Shown here: positions 19,075 through 28,721 of the stretch, in pieces
How positions within the stretch are numbered: the first letter of the stretch is position 1
How the letters are laid out: the number at the start of each line of letters is the position of its first letter
Virus record (IMG/VR): IMGVR_UViG_3300030117_005840
Span: 1-63,321 of that record
Reading direction: 5' to 3' (one strand)
Length of the DNA: 63,321 nucleotides
From: a virus
Lineage: Duplodnaviria; Caudoviricetes
Translations under genes and position numbers: made by a program
The notes under the pieces: model-generated
What the model was told of the DNA's origin: nothing
The model's database searches: none
Seen by the model: the letters and a program-made list of their open reading frames with translations, nothing else

Positions 19075-20837
19075 TATTTTTCATACCTTTCTAAAATTTT
19101 ACCCTCAGCATCAAGCGGGATGTCGGGTATCCAAGCAGGGGGAGTCCGCATGGTGTCGATTACTTTGGCGAGGATTTCTTCCGCGTCTTCTTTTTTTGCT
19201 TCTATGACAACTTCGTCATGCACGTGCATAATGATATCCATACCAGCCGCTTCCAAACGGAGCATAATATCGACAAAAATATCTCTAGCTAACGCGGATG
19301 CAGCATTCTCAGCTAACAAACCGCCCCATAGATGCATACGCATCTTCTTAGAGCCCTTTACAACAGAGTCGGAAAAAAAGGATATTCTACCATCTCCTAT
19401 CTTAGATTTAACTGCCCCATAGTTTAATACCCTTCCTGACGGAAGATTTATTACGTAATCCTCAAAATTATCGTGGGCAGGGCGTAGACCTCTATATAAC
19501 AAGTTCCAGTATTTAACAACCAACTGCATCTGAGTTTGATATAACGTAACGGCGTCTTTGGCTTCTTGAAAATCCATGCCCGACATAGATGCAAAGCGCG
19601 TAGGGGATGCCCCATACCCACACCCTAGAACCATGGTCTTTACCTTATGGCGCAATGCAGAATCCTCGTCCTTCAATACGCCTTTAGAAGAATCCCAAAG
19701 ACCAAACCTAACTGCGAACGCTTCGTAGATATCATCACTTCTCCTAATTTCATCAAGTGTTACCTCATCTTGTGATAACCAACATAATGTCCTCACCTCT
19801 ATCTGCGAAAGATCAACCACTATGAGTCGTTTATCAGGTTTGGGAGCTATCAGGCTACGTAAGTTTGTCCCAAACAAATCTCCTCTAGGTAAGTTTTGTA
19901 AGTTTAAGTTTCCTCCAGAACCACTAAACCTTCCTGTATGAGCACCAAAATACATTATCCCCCCGTAATACCTATCATCGGATAGCGTTGCGAAATCGAA
20001 CGACTCCAGTTTCCTTTTTAACGCATTAATACGTCTGTAATTACGGACTGAATGAACCCATTGATATTTAGTTCCATTTACCCTAATCCATTCGTTAGCA
20101 TCCTCATCAGTCATAGCTAGGCTTGCAGGAGGCTCTAAACCCATTTTCCGGCATTCATCGTTAAAGGCCGTGCGCGACAGAATGGGCGCGTCGTTTATCC
20201 AAGGTATGGTATTCTCTACCTTAAATAGCTCTTCCGTAATACTGTCCTTTTGCTTCTTTAATTCCTTAACATCTATGGGCAAACCACGTTGCACTATTTT
20301 ACGATTCATGCGGCTTACCTGCTTTTCATGCTCAGGCCATTTTGGAGCTAATTTATTCCATAAATCTAGGCAATATACGGAATCCTTTAGCGCGTATTCC
20401 ATCACTTCCTTTTGGAAGTCTTCCGTCATATTATCCCACCGCTTCCCACTCATGTTATCTCGGGTGGATTTATCCATCTGGACGCCTAGCACATCTTCTG
20501 CTGCTTTTTTGAGAGCCCTTGGATGACCGCAGTAAGCTGACAGGTCAGCAGTGCAGTGCCATTCAGCGTAATCCACATGAGCCCACCACCCCTTTTCTAC
20601 ACCAAATAAATATAAAGTTTCATCAAACGATGCGTTATGAGATAACACTCGTTGTCCTTTAAGTTTAGACCACTCAAAGTCTTTCGGATGGCCTACAAAT
20701 GAGGTTCCTTCATCGCCTACCACAGATACCATGTAGGCATCAAATTCAGGGTGGCTAAAATATCCAAGAGGACCAAGTGTCCTTATACTACATGATTTAT
20801 CGTAGTATGTCTCATAATCGAGAGCGTAAGTGTCCAT
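19074..20837 (-). CDS. polA: DNA polymerase, family A
   Basis: Exonuclease DYET and HNASFD; TGRFSG; motif A DLSQIE; motif B R...K...LG.GYG; motif C HVHDE. Confidence 0.92.
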   Translation of the reverse strand: MDTYALDYETYYDKSCSIRTLGPLGYFSHPEFDAYMVSVVGDEGTSFVGHPKDFEWSKLKGQRVLSHNASFDETLYLFGVEKGWWAHVDYAEWHCTADLSAYCGHPRALKKAAEDVLGVQMDKSTRDNMSGKRWDNMTEDFQKEVMEYALKDSVYCLDLWNKLAPKWPEHEKQVSRMNRKIVQRGLPIDVKELKKQKDSITEELFKVENTIPWINDAPILSRTAFNDECRKMGLEPPASLAMTDEDANEWIRVNGTKYQWVHSVRNYRRINALKRKLESFDFATLSDDRYYGGIMYFGAHTGRFSGSGGNLNLQNLPRGDLFGTNLRSLIAPKPDKRLIVVDLSQIEVRTLCWLSQDEVTLDEIRRSDDIYEAFAVRFGLWDSSKGVLKDEDSALRHKVKTMVLGCGYGASPTRFASMSGMDFQEAKDAVTLYQTQMQLVVKYWNLLYRGLRPAHDNFEDYVINLPSGRVLNYGAVKSKIGDGRISFFSDSVVKGSKKMRMHLWGGLLAENAASALARDIFVDIMLRLEAAGMDIIMHVHDEVVIEAKKEDAEEILAKVIDTMRTPPAWIPDIPLDAEGKILERYEK

Positions 20838-20869
20838 GCCTTTTTATGTAATATGCCTTTAGGGTAAGA

Positions 20870-20909
20870 ACCCCCGGCAGCTTGAAAGGCATTAAAAGCT
20901 GCCGGGGGT
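20870..20909. terminator. Stable hairpin upstream of polA
   Basis: ACCCCCGGCAGCTT...AAGCTGCCGGGGGT. Confidence 0.55.
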
Positions 20910-20943
20910 ATGTAGCAGGAGTCCCTACACAAGCCTGCTAAGT

Positions 20944-21135
20944 TTATGAGGTCTTATCCCCTAAATCTAACTCCAATTGCTCCTCTTCGGGAGGAAGCTC
21001 CACCTTGTTAAGTGCGTTTATCAAATGAGATAAGCGTTCTTTCTGGGCTTCTGCTAATGCAATTTGTTCAGTTAGTTCTCCCTGAAATTTACTCATTTCA
21101 GCAATCTCTTTTTTTACTGCTTCAGATAAAGTCAT
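20944..21135 (-). CDS. Small coiled-coil protein ending in QLELDL
   Basis: 63 aa; clamp-binding-like C-terminal motif. Confidence 0.5.
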   Translation of the reverse strand: MTLSEAVKKEIAEMSKFQGELTEQIALAEAQKERLSHLINALNKVELPPEEEQLELDLGDKTS

Positions 21136-21136
21136 A

Positions 21137-21775
21137 TCAGGAAGTTAAACGGCCAACGAATTCGATAACGTCATCGGATGGCTTCTCTTTTGTTATTGTT
21201 AACGATGGGGCATACCAACTATGTTTACCCTTGGTCAGCAGCTCAGCGGCAAATGTCCATTTGCGGTGACTGAACGGCGTTGACGGATTAAACGTGCTAA
21301 AGGTGGCAAGCCTTTTATAAGTCATACGATACGCATCCTTAGCGGCATTCAGTTTGCCAATGGCATACATAGAATCCTCAATAGGCACCGTATAAGCAGC
21401 CTCGTTATCATCGCCCTCTGGTTGAGGGATTAATAGAATGATATCAGCGAATTCAATAGTCCCCCATTCGGAGTTCTTTTCGATTGCTTCTTTCTGAGTT
21501 TCATTCTCTGCAATTCGTGGTAGCTCATCTGAGCCGTAAGGGATATTCTCCCTCCAGCGTTTTAGAGCTGTTACCACTATTACTTCTCTTGTGTCCTCTG
21601 GTTCCATAAGGATATGGGTTTTATCAAGGACGATAGAACCGACAGGCCCATCAATTGAACTGGTCTTTTGGACGATATTCAATCTAGGGATGTCGATGTC
21701 GCTGGGAGTTATTGTTAATTGCTGAGCCCCAGCCAGCTCATTTTTCTTTACTTCAACTACTTCTTGCTTCGGCAT
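21137..21775 (-). CDS. Putative ssDNA-binding protein
   Basis: D..IPRL.IVQ.TS and K..G..WY.P motifs; lies between exonuclease and polymerase. Confidence 0.6.
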   Translation of the reverse strand: MPKQEVVEVKKNELAGAQQLTITPSDIDIPRLNIVQKTSSIDGPVGSIVLDKTHILMEPEDTREVIVVTALKRWRENIPYGSDELPRIAENETQKEAIEKNSEWGTIEFADIILLIPQPEGDDNEAAYTVPIEDSMYAIGKLNAAKDAYRMTYKRLATFSTFNPSTPFSHRKWTFAAELLTKGKHSWYAPSLTITKEKPSDDVIEFVGRLTS

Positions 21776-21814
21776 AATGCGTTTACTTTTTATTGTTTCC
21801 TGTTTCTTGTTTAA

Positions 21815-22948
21815 TTATGAGAGCGTATACCGCGTCTCGGAGACATCGATAATAGACGCATCTTCGACTGCGTCAAGAAAATCTTTGGTCTTTTGTAATT
21901 TCTCCCCTTCTTCCGCTGTTTGCCCCGCAAGCCCAGCTAATTTCTTGAGCGGGACACTTGCTAAATCCAACATATCTTCTTGGGTAACTCCAAACTCCTC
22001 GGCTATATCTAGCAGTTTATTATTGTCCGTGCACTTACGAGTAGCTCCCATGGAGCGTAGTCGGAGAGACGGAAACTCCATACCATCCTTAGCTTGCGCG
22101 ACAGCCTGAGCTTTCACCCTTGAAGCCCAATTCGTAACTACCTTTGCAACTAGCCAAAGCTGCTCAACCACTTCGGGGTCTTTAGGATTATTTATATCAA
22201 TGTCTTTTGGTATCGTTTCTGATACGCGAGTGGCTACTTCAATAGCTAGACCGCCCAAAGCTGGGCAATGTCCTTCGTGACGACAGAACCGACAGTTTAC
22301 CGTCGGGTTTAAGTCATCCATATCAGGCTGACCACCTTCCCACTGTGGTCTGATCACTTCACCTCTACTAATAACGTCCGATAACTCTTTAACTAGCAAC
22401 GGAACATCATCGCGTGTGAATACATCACTTAATACTTGATCCCTGACAGGGATATAGAATACGAATATAATTTCTTCAATTTCAGGGTATTTTTGAAATG
22501 CGCCTAAAGCATATGCTTTCGCCTGCCAGTTTTCTTTTGGAGTGTCGATAACCGATATGCCAGTTTTATAATCCCCCATAACAGCTCGCTTACCTGCTAT
22601 AGTAAGTCGGTCACACGTCCCCCATGTAGCGACTCCGTCTAATTCCACATCTACTTGAACTTCGTTAAGTTCTACCGCGTCTTCTAAGGCTTCCTCATCC
22701 AACACGCTTGATAGAAAGGCTTCTTCATCCTTTACAATCTGCCAGTAAATTTCAAGTTCTTCCTCGTCATGCAAGGCACTAGGGTCAAGCTCTTCCAACG
22801 CTTCATGGATACGGGTTCCTTTTTCGGCTGCTGCGCTTGTCCCGTCCCTGCCTTGGTAACCAGCACAACCGGCTACGTATTTGAGAGATGAGGGCGAAAA
22901 TTCCGCATGATCGCGGTTTGCGTGGTCTGGTTTATTATCCGTGCTCAT
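21815..22948 (-). CDS. Cas4-like PD-(D/E)XK exonuclease (DUF2802/DUF2800-like); likely start MSTDNK
   Basis: HA.FSPSS...C, A..GT..H, GT.D, DYKTG, Q...YA and C..C.....CP motifs. Confidence 0.8.
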   Translation of the reverse strand: MSTDNKPDHANRDHAEFSPSSLKYVAGCAGYQGRDGTSAAAEKGTRIHEALEELDPSALHDEEELEIYWQIVKDEEAFLSSVLDEEALEDAVELNEVQVDVELDGVATWGTCDRLTIAGKRAVMGDYKTGISVIDTPKENWQAKAYALGAFQKYPEIEEIIFVFYIPVRDQVLSDVFTRDDVPLLVKELSDVISRGEVIRPQWEGGQPDMDDLNPTVNCRFCRHEGHCPALGGLAIEVATRVSETIPKDIDINNPKDPEVVEQLWLVAKVVTNWASRVKAQAVAQAKDGMEFPSLRLRSMGATRKCTDNNKLLDIAEEFGVTQEDMLDLASVPLKKLAGLAGQTAEEGEKLQKTKDFLDAVEDASIIDVSETRYTLS

Positions 22949-23405
22949 TTTTAATTCTTTCTCTTTCTGCGGCTTTATATTCATCAGAGCCCCATTCATA
23001 GAATTTAAACTTTTCCGGTTTTTCAGAGCTATGTCTTTCTTCATAGCTATGCGCGAATACTAGCTTGCCTTCATCGTCATATTTTAAATCATACTTACCA
23101 TAGTAACTTTCACTATAACAATCATCCCAAGGTTTAACTGTTTTGCCTGCGTATTCTTTAAAGAATTCTACGTCGTCGTCATCTAAGTTAAACCACTCCC
23201 CCCGTATCCTTTTTTCTTTAAAGTGATCATGCAGGTATTTTTCATCTTCACAGCAACCAACAAAACACAGTAGCAACTCTATCGTGGGCTTCTCTGCCTG
23301 TAATGTCCTTTCCCTATATCTAGGTTTTTGCGATCTACCAATCTTGTAAAAGTTATTGGTAGTATCTTGCATAAGATACACCTGTGTTTCTTTAAACTCA
23401 GCCAT
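22935..23405 (-). CDS. GIY-YIG nuclease (T5orf172/MUG113-like)
   Basis: VYL....YKIG.S..P..R...LQ; E..LH..F...R..GEWF. Confidence 0.85.
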   Translation of the reverse strand: MAEFKETQVYLMQDTTNNFYKIGRSQKPRYRERTLQAEKPTIELLLCFVGCCEDEKYLHDHFKEKRIRGEWFNLDDDDVEFFKEYAGKTVKPWDDCYSESYYGKYDLKYDDEGKLVFAHSYEERHSSEKPEKFKFYEWGSDEYKAAERERIKNEHG

Positions 23406-24756
23406 GGAGCATATGTAGGTTAGCCATTTTCCGGTTAATGGCTTTTATTATGTTTTCCTCTACGCTACCGGAAGCGACTAGAATTTTTTGTAATGCATGG
23501 GATTTTGCACCATTACGATGAATCCTACCCAATGCCTGTGCGTGGTCTTTGGCTGAGAACGTAGGAGATATAAGACTAACACGCGCATGGTTACCGTTTA
23601 TGTCGTGCAGGGAGAGTCCTGTCCCTCCAGCTTTTATGTTAACCACTACGGCTCTAACCTCGTCGTTTTGAAAAGCGTCAACAACACTTTGTCTTTCGTC
23701 TATTGTCTGTGACCCGTCTATTCTAGGGCATTTTAACTTCTTACATAGCGCGTCTACCGTGTCCTTAAAGTTAACGAATATAACAACTGATTTGTTCTGC
23801 GACAAAAGGTCAGAAGCCATGTCAGCTATGTCATGGGTCTTGAATGATTCCGCTAGTTGCCGTGCTTTTAAAATATTAACTAGCACGTGCTCGCTATTTG
23901 TAACTACACCATCCTCTATATAATCCTCGACAATAGATGGTGTTATGCCTAGATCATCATAGGCTTTTAGTATCTTCGAAGATTCTTTGAATTCTATAGG
24001 CTCTATGAATACCCTGTTATTCTTAAACGAATCGGGAAATTGCTCTACAGTCAATTTCTGCGCACGCGCCCGATTAACAAACCGGCCTTTAGATGATATC
24101 TCATCTTTATATAAATGATCATGTAACTCAGTTAATCTCTTTCTACTTAAAAGCCTCCACTTACCCCACTCATCTTGTGAACAGCCAAACTGCTTCATCC
24201 ACGTAAACCAATTTACCTTATCCCTAATTATTTGGCGGTTTTGCCCATGAAGCCCCAACATATAACCCAACGCCCTCATCTCTGTTGGGTCTTCCGCAGC
24301 GGTAGCTGACATGGCGTGTATACGATAGCCTTGATAATTATGGGCGTGGTTAACTAAACTAATTAGTAATTCAGCATTTATAGTCCACGGTCCTTTACAT
24401 TTATGCACTTCGTCAACAAGGACGAGTGTCCCTTTAGGCAGCCCCCATCGGAATATTTTTTTCCCTTTTTTGGTTAAGTATGGAGTCTTGCCTGTCCTTA
24501 TTTTTTCGTAGTTCATTACGAACAATGGCTCAACGCCCATCTCGTCCAGCTCCCGTTCCCATGAGGGTATGACCGCTTTAGGGCATATTACCGCAACAGG
24601 CGATGCAAGCTGCCTCTTTAACTCCTTAGCAATATGAGCCGCTACGACGGTTTTACCGGTGCCTACATCACTTGAATCTAGCGTGTGCCGCCCGTCTAAT
24701 AAATGGTGTAGGAATCGTTTAGCCGCAGCGGCCTGAGTAGGGAACAGGGTTTTCAT
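23398..24756 (-). CDS. SNF2/SF2 helicase
   Basis: GTGKT, DEVH, SAT, GG.GL.L and QA.GRIHR motifs. Confidence 0.88.
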   Translation of the reverse strand: MKTLFPTQAAAAKRFLHHLLDGRHTLDSSDVGTGKTVVAAHIAKELKRQLASPVAVICPKAVIPSWERELDEMGVEPLFVMNYEKIRTGKTPYLTKKGKKIFRWGLPKGTLVLVDEVHKCKGPWTINAELLISLVNHAHNYQGYRIHAMSATAAEDPTEMRALGYMLGLHGQNRQIIRDKVNWFTWMKQFGCSQDEWGKWRLLSRKRLTELHDHLYKDEISSKGRFVNRARAQKLTVEQFPDSFKNNRVFIEPIEFKESSKILKAYDDLGITPSIVEDYIEDGVVTNSEHVLVNILKARQLAESFKTHDIADMASDLLSQNKSVVIFVNFKDTVDALCKKLKCPRIDGSQTIDERQSVVDAFQNDEVRAVVVNIKAGGTGLSLHDINGNHARVSLISPTFSAKDHAQALGRIHRNGAKSHALQKILVASGSVEENIIKAINRKMANLHMLHG

Positions 24757-24806
24757 GCAGCAAAGGCTTACATGGAAAATAACTGAATGTCCAGAAAAAT
24801 ATTGAA

Positions 24807-25286
24807 CTACAACCTTTTACGCAAGTAGTGGGCGATCAAATACGCATCAATCATCCCATCGTGGGGCTTAGAAGCCCGCTTACTTTTTTGCCAACACTCG
24901 TCAGGAGCTAAGGTGTTGGCTACGGCAAGAGCTACCTCTTTTGTCTTTCCTTTTGGAATCATACCCAGCATCTCTTTTTGCCATTTATGCACGCTTACGC
25001 AGTTTATTTCCCATTGACGGCATTCGGCCATGCCTAGAATTTTTCCAAATGATATAGCCATTGATCGTATGGCTTGCGATGATCGCGCATGGCGTAAAGG
25101 TTCTTCAATAGCTACGGTGAATGGGGTGTTAAGCCCCATTATCCAATCGTAAATTTTACGGGAATCGACTTCTCGCTTACCTAGCCTATGAAAAGTAGGC
25201 ATTACTGTTTTATCAATAACTGAACCAGTGTGTTTAGATATAGCCACAAGACCGCCATCAAGACCGTTATCGATACCAACTATCAT
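24807..25286 (-). CDS. RuvC-like Holliday junction resolvase
   Basis: GIDNG..G, IEE, WQK and DG..DA motifs. Confidence 0.8.
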   Translation of the reverse strand: MIVGIDNGLDGGLVAISKHTGSVIDKTVMPTFHRLGKREVDSRKIYDWIMGLNTPFTVAIEEPLRHARSSQAIRSMAISFGKILGMAECRQWEINCVSVHKWQKEMLGMIPKGKTKEVALAVANTLAPDECWQKSKRASKPHDGMIDAYLIAHYLRKRL

Positions 25287-25531
25287 TAGTCGCTTAATAC
25301 AGGAGTGTATAGATAGTCTATGGCCTTTCTTTTAATCAACAACCCCTCACCCGTATAAGGGAGAAATATATCAATATTCTTACCCAGCATTTGTAAAAAG
25401 AATACTTCCTTAGCTCGTTGTGGCTTTACAAGGTAAAACTCTCCTTTACAGCGCATGCTTACGAACCGGAAATCCCTTGGTGGCAAATCCTCCCTTATTA
25501 ACACTAACGGGTCTATTACCAACAGCCTGTC
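25286..25531 (-). CDS. Hypothetical protein (start uncertain)
   Basis: Part of ORF 25286-25612; the upstream portion overlaps the next gene. Confidence 0.4.
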   Translation of the reverse strand, partial: DRLLVIDPLVLIREDLPPRDFRFVSMRCKGEFYLVKPQRAKEVFFLQMLGKNIDIFLPYTGEGLLIKRKAIDYLYTPVLSD

Positions 25532-25799
25532 AGGAAATAGATGGGATTTCTTCATCGTCAAGAAATGAGGGTGTTGCATCCCCATAGTCATTTTGAAGAT
25601 ATTCATATTCATAACGCTCGCGTGCTTCTCTAGGAGTTAGCTTATATTCTGTCTCCAAAATTTTAAGCGTTATTTTTTTAGAGTAACACGCAACGGGTGC
25701 TTTACCAAACGTCTCTACGTTCCCTATGTATGCGTCATTAAGGCCCGAATAGAGTAGGATACAATGTTCAGCATTTTCGGTAGTCTCAGGAGTGCTCAT
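25530..25799 (-). CDS. Small conserved phage protein, paralog of 16637-16903
   Basis: DAYIG...YS...EARE.Y...YG.ATP.F. Confidence 0.55.
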   Translation of the reverse strand: MSTPETTENAEHCILLYSGLNDAYIGNVETFGKAPVACYSKKITLKILETEYKLTPREARERYEYEYLQNDYGDATPSFLDDEEIPSIS

Positions 25800-26407
25800 T
25801 ATTCAGAGTCTAGTTCCTCAACGTCGATAACTTTATCAGGGTTTACTTTTATAGAGCCTTTACCCCTATCAGCTTTCGCGTTATTGAGTATTGATATGTC
25901 TATCTGAACCTTCCCAGTCCCGCCACCGGTCTTAGCATTTAGACCGAGGTTTCGTCGTATTAGTTGATCCAGTTCAGATAGTTCACGGACGGTTTTAGGT
26001 CCGCGAAGATTTTTCATAGCATCGCGTAGCAGCTTTATTCCCGCCGCTGCGATATAACTTTGGTATTTCTCTGCCGGTGAGGATTGGGACTCCGCTATCT
26101 CCATCATGGATTTATCCTCCGCTAAGCGTGCATCGTGTTTAGCCAGCTTGACAGCATCATCAGTTGTCTCTTTCAGATTTTTGTCAACAGCCGTCCCCAA
26201 CGGATCAGGGTCTTTTGGTTTAGGATTAGATTCTGCGTGAGAGTTTGTCTTTGGAGCTACTCCCATTTCCCTTAGCCATCTACGTAACGTAGCGGGGTGA
26301 ATATCCAACTCCTTGCAGATATTCACCAACTTGTAATCCTTATTATACATGTCGAGAGCCCGTTTAATGAGTTCCGACTTTTTGGCTTTTTTGGCTTTTT
26401 TACTCAA
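25799..26407 (-). CDS. HTH protein, possible terminase small subunit
   Basis: HTH ICKELDIHPATLRRWL; C-terminal VIDVE; divergent from terL. Confidence 0.5.
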   Translation of the reverse strand: MSKKAKKAKKSELIKRALDMYNKDYKLVNICKELDIHPATLRRWLREMGVAPKTNSHAESNPKPKDPDPLGTAVDKNLKETTDDAVKLAKHDARLAEDKSMMEIAESQSSPAEKYQSYIAAAGIKLLRDAMKNLRGPKTVRELSELDQLIRRNLGLNAKTGGGTGKVQIDISILNNAKADRGKGSIKVNPDKVIDVEELDSE

Positions 26408-26450
26408 AGCATTTAATATATACTATTTAAATTGCTATAGTTCAAGTTGG

Positions 26451-28214
26451 ATGGGATCAAAATTACACGTTTACGAACCGCGCATAGACCCCACAACAAA
26501 GAAGATGGATGTAGGTGGTTTATTTATACCGCCCACTAATACCTTAACGGCTCTGTTGTATGGCTTCGCTAATCACGAACTGCCTAAAGCCAGAGAGTAT
26601 TATTTCTGGAGGTTGTGTGATGAGTTATGGAATCATCCTGACTTACCTGAACCTTTAATGGTTAAACACCCTTGGGCAGTCGATATGATACGGGCTGTGA
26701 TAAGGAATAAATACGTAGCTATCGGAGGCGCAGCCAACAGTGGTAAGTCTCATACTATGGCCGCATGGGGAATCCTGAACTGGTTAGCCCAGCCCCGCGA
26801 TACCCTGATCCTTCTAACCTCAACCACGTTACGTGAAGCACGAAAAAGGATTTGGGGTTCAGTGATCAGCTTGCTGATGGTGATTGAGGGAGCACCGATC
26901 AGGATTCGGGATTCGATTGGTAATGCTGCTTATATAACAGAAGGAGGAAACCTAGTAGAGCGGGCAGGTCTATCCCTTATTGCGGCAGAAAAGTCTAAAA
27001 CAAGGGAGGCTGTCGGCAAATTCATCGGTATCAAACAAAAAAAAGTGGTCGTCATCGCGGACGAATTGTCCGAACTCAGCGAGGCAATCCTACAAGCTGG
27101 TCTGTCGAACTTATCCAAAAACCCATCATTTCAAATGATTGGTATGTCGAACCCCTCTAGTCGGTTTGACGCCTTCGGGGTTTGGAGCGAGCCAAAAAAC
27201 GGGTGGGATTCCGTAGATACTAATGTTGATGAAAAGTGGACAACTAAGTGGAATGGTAAATATATCCGGTTTGATGGGGAGCGTAGTCCTAATATAACAG
27301 CAGGCGAGGTTATATATCCTTGGTTACCTACGATAGAAAAGATCAATGAAGATAAAGCCTTATTAGGACAAGAGTCGCGGGGCTATATGAGAATGGTCCG
27401 CGCCGTGTTCTTCGACTCGGACGAAACAGAGGGTATATACTCAGAAGCAGAATTATCCCGATCAGGATCATTAGGTAAAATAGAATGGAGCGGAAAACCC
27501 ACAGCTATAGCCGGACTCGACCCCGCATTCACGAATGGAGGGGATAGAACTATACTGTATACAGGTTTTGTCGGATATGATTCAAATGGGCAGTATTGCG
27601 TTATGCTGGATGAAGCGTTGCAGCTCAACGACGATGCCACCAACCACGCGGTGCCTCGCACTTATCAGATCGTCCGGCAGGTGAAAGAGGCGTGTCAGAA
27701 GAGGAAGATACTTCCGCAGGATGTTGCGGTGGATGCCACAGGAGCCGGTGCGCCTTTCTGCGATGTATTGGCGGGGGAGTGGTCTGACGAGATACTTCGC
27801 GTTTCATTCGGTGGAAAAGCGTCTGATAAACGGGTTTCGGCAAATTCTAAATTAATAGGCACAGAATTATACGTCAATAGAGTTAGCGAGTTATGGTTTG
27901 TAGGGAAAGAACTGGTAAGAACCAAGCAATTGTTTGGAATAGATAATGCGCTCGCTCAGGAAATAACAGGACGTAACTACGAAATGATCAAAGGGTCTAC
28001 TCTTCGCATGAAGATCGAGTCTAAGCCTGATTATAAGGCGCGGTTTGGACGCAGTCCTGACTTAGCGGACGCTGCCTTTCTGTGCTTAGACTTAGCTAGG
28101 CAAAGACATGGGCTTGTAGCTGTTGAGCCAGTGGAAGATAGCTCGATTAATAAGGCACGTCCACGGCGGGATATAAAAGGACTTTCTAAGATTTTAGCGG
28201 TAGATCAAATCTAA
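26451..28214 (+). CDS. terL: Terminase large subunit
   Basis: Walker A GAANSGKS, Walker B IADE, MSNP, nuclease GLDPA, VDATG and SPD.ADA; ATG at 26451 preferred over 26349. Confidence 0.88.
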   Translation: MGSKLHVYEPRIDPTTKKMDVGGLFIPPTNTLTALLYGFANHELPKAREYYFWRLCDELWNHPDLPEPLMVKHPWAVDMIRAVIRNKYVAIGGAANSGKSHTMAAWGILNWLAQPRDTLILLTSTTLREARKRIWGSVISLLMVIEGAPIRIRDSIGNAAYITEGGNLVERAGLSLIAAEKSKTREAVGKFIGIKQKKVVVIADELSELSEAILQAGLSNLSKNPSFQMIGMSNPSSRFDAFGVWSEPKNGWDSVDTNVDEKWTTKWNGKYIRFDGERSPNITAGEVIYPWLPTIEKINEDKALLGQESRGYMRMVRAVFFDSDETEGIYSEAELSRSGSLGKIEWSGKPTAIAGLDPAFTNGGDRTILYTGFVGYDSNGQYCVMLDEALQLNDDATNHAVPRTYQIVRQVKEACQKRKILPQDVAVDATGAGAPFCDVLAGEWSDEILRVSFGGKASDKRVSANSKLIGTELYVNRVSELWFVGKELVRTKQLFGIDNALAQEITGRNYEMIKGSTLRMKIESKPDYKARFGRSPDLADAAFLCLDLARQRHGLVAVEPVEDSSINKARPRRDIKGLSKILAVDQI

Positions 28215-28230
28215 CGTAAATTTGACTTAA

Positions 28231-28308
28231 AAAGTTTCTCATGTGCATGTTTCCAGTTGTTTCTGTAATAGAAACAACTGGAAATGTTTAATAGAAGAAA
28301 TTTTATAT
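28231..28308. repeat. Nested palindrome, copy 1
   Basis: TTTCCAGTTGTTTCT-GTAAT-AGAAACAACTGGAAA (28250-28284); the 38 bp at 28250-28287 recur identically at 58862. Confidence 0.85.
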
Positions 28309-28323
28309 GGGCACTCCAGTGTG

Positions 28324-28351
28324 TTGACTTACTGGATAAATCCCTTAAATT
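28324..28351 (+). promoter_or_regulatory. Sigma70-like promoter giving a near-leaderless transcript
   Basis: TTGACT-N16-TAAATT, with ATG 7 nt downstream. Confidence 0.5.
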
Positions 28352-28358
28352 TTAAGTT

Positions 28359-28721
28359 ATGGCAGGTTCAAAGATAGCATCTTCATTTCTAAAAAAGTTA
28401 AAGGTAAAACCGACACCAGTAGTCCCACCCGAAGTATTGGATAAGGTTAGTAGGAAATCCCTCGGGGCTGCTAAAACTACGGCCAAAGCTAAGCCATCTT
28501 TGCGGGAATCAATGGCTATGGCTAAACCCGATAAAAAGGCTCTAGCCGCCGCTAGGAAAGCAAACCAACCGGCAGGCAGGACACAGAAGGATCGTCTGAG
28601 AGAGTATATGGAAGCAGGCGGCGTTAACGTCCCCGCTGGAGGGTTTCCCGACGATAACACACTCCGTATGGCTATGGAAAAATTAAAAACGCCAAAAGGT
28701 AAAAACCCCCCTAAGAAGTAA
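28359..28721 (+). CDS. Basic hypothetical protein, possibly internal virion
   Basis: 120 aa, Lys/Ala-rich. Confidence 0.55.
   Translation: MAGSKIASSFLKKLKVKPTPVVPPEVLDKVSRKSLGAAKTTAKAKPSLRESMAMAKPDKKALAAARKANQPAGRTQKDRLREYMEAGGVNVPAGGFPDDNTLRMAMEKLKTPKGKNPPKK

Noticed and set aside
21815-22948. Cas4-like gene as CRISPR-associated
   Set aside because: It sits in the standard phage exonuclease-SSB-PolA module
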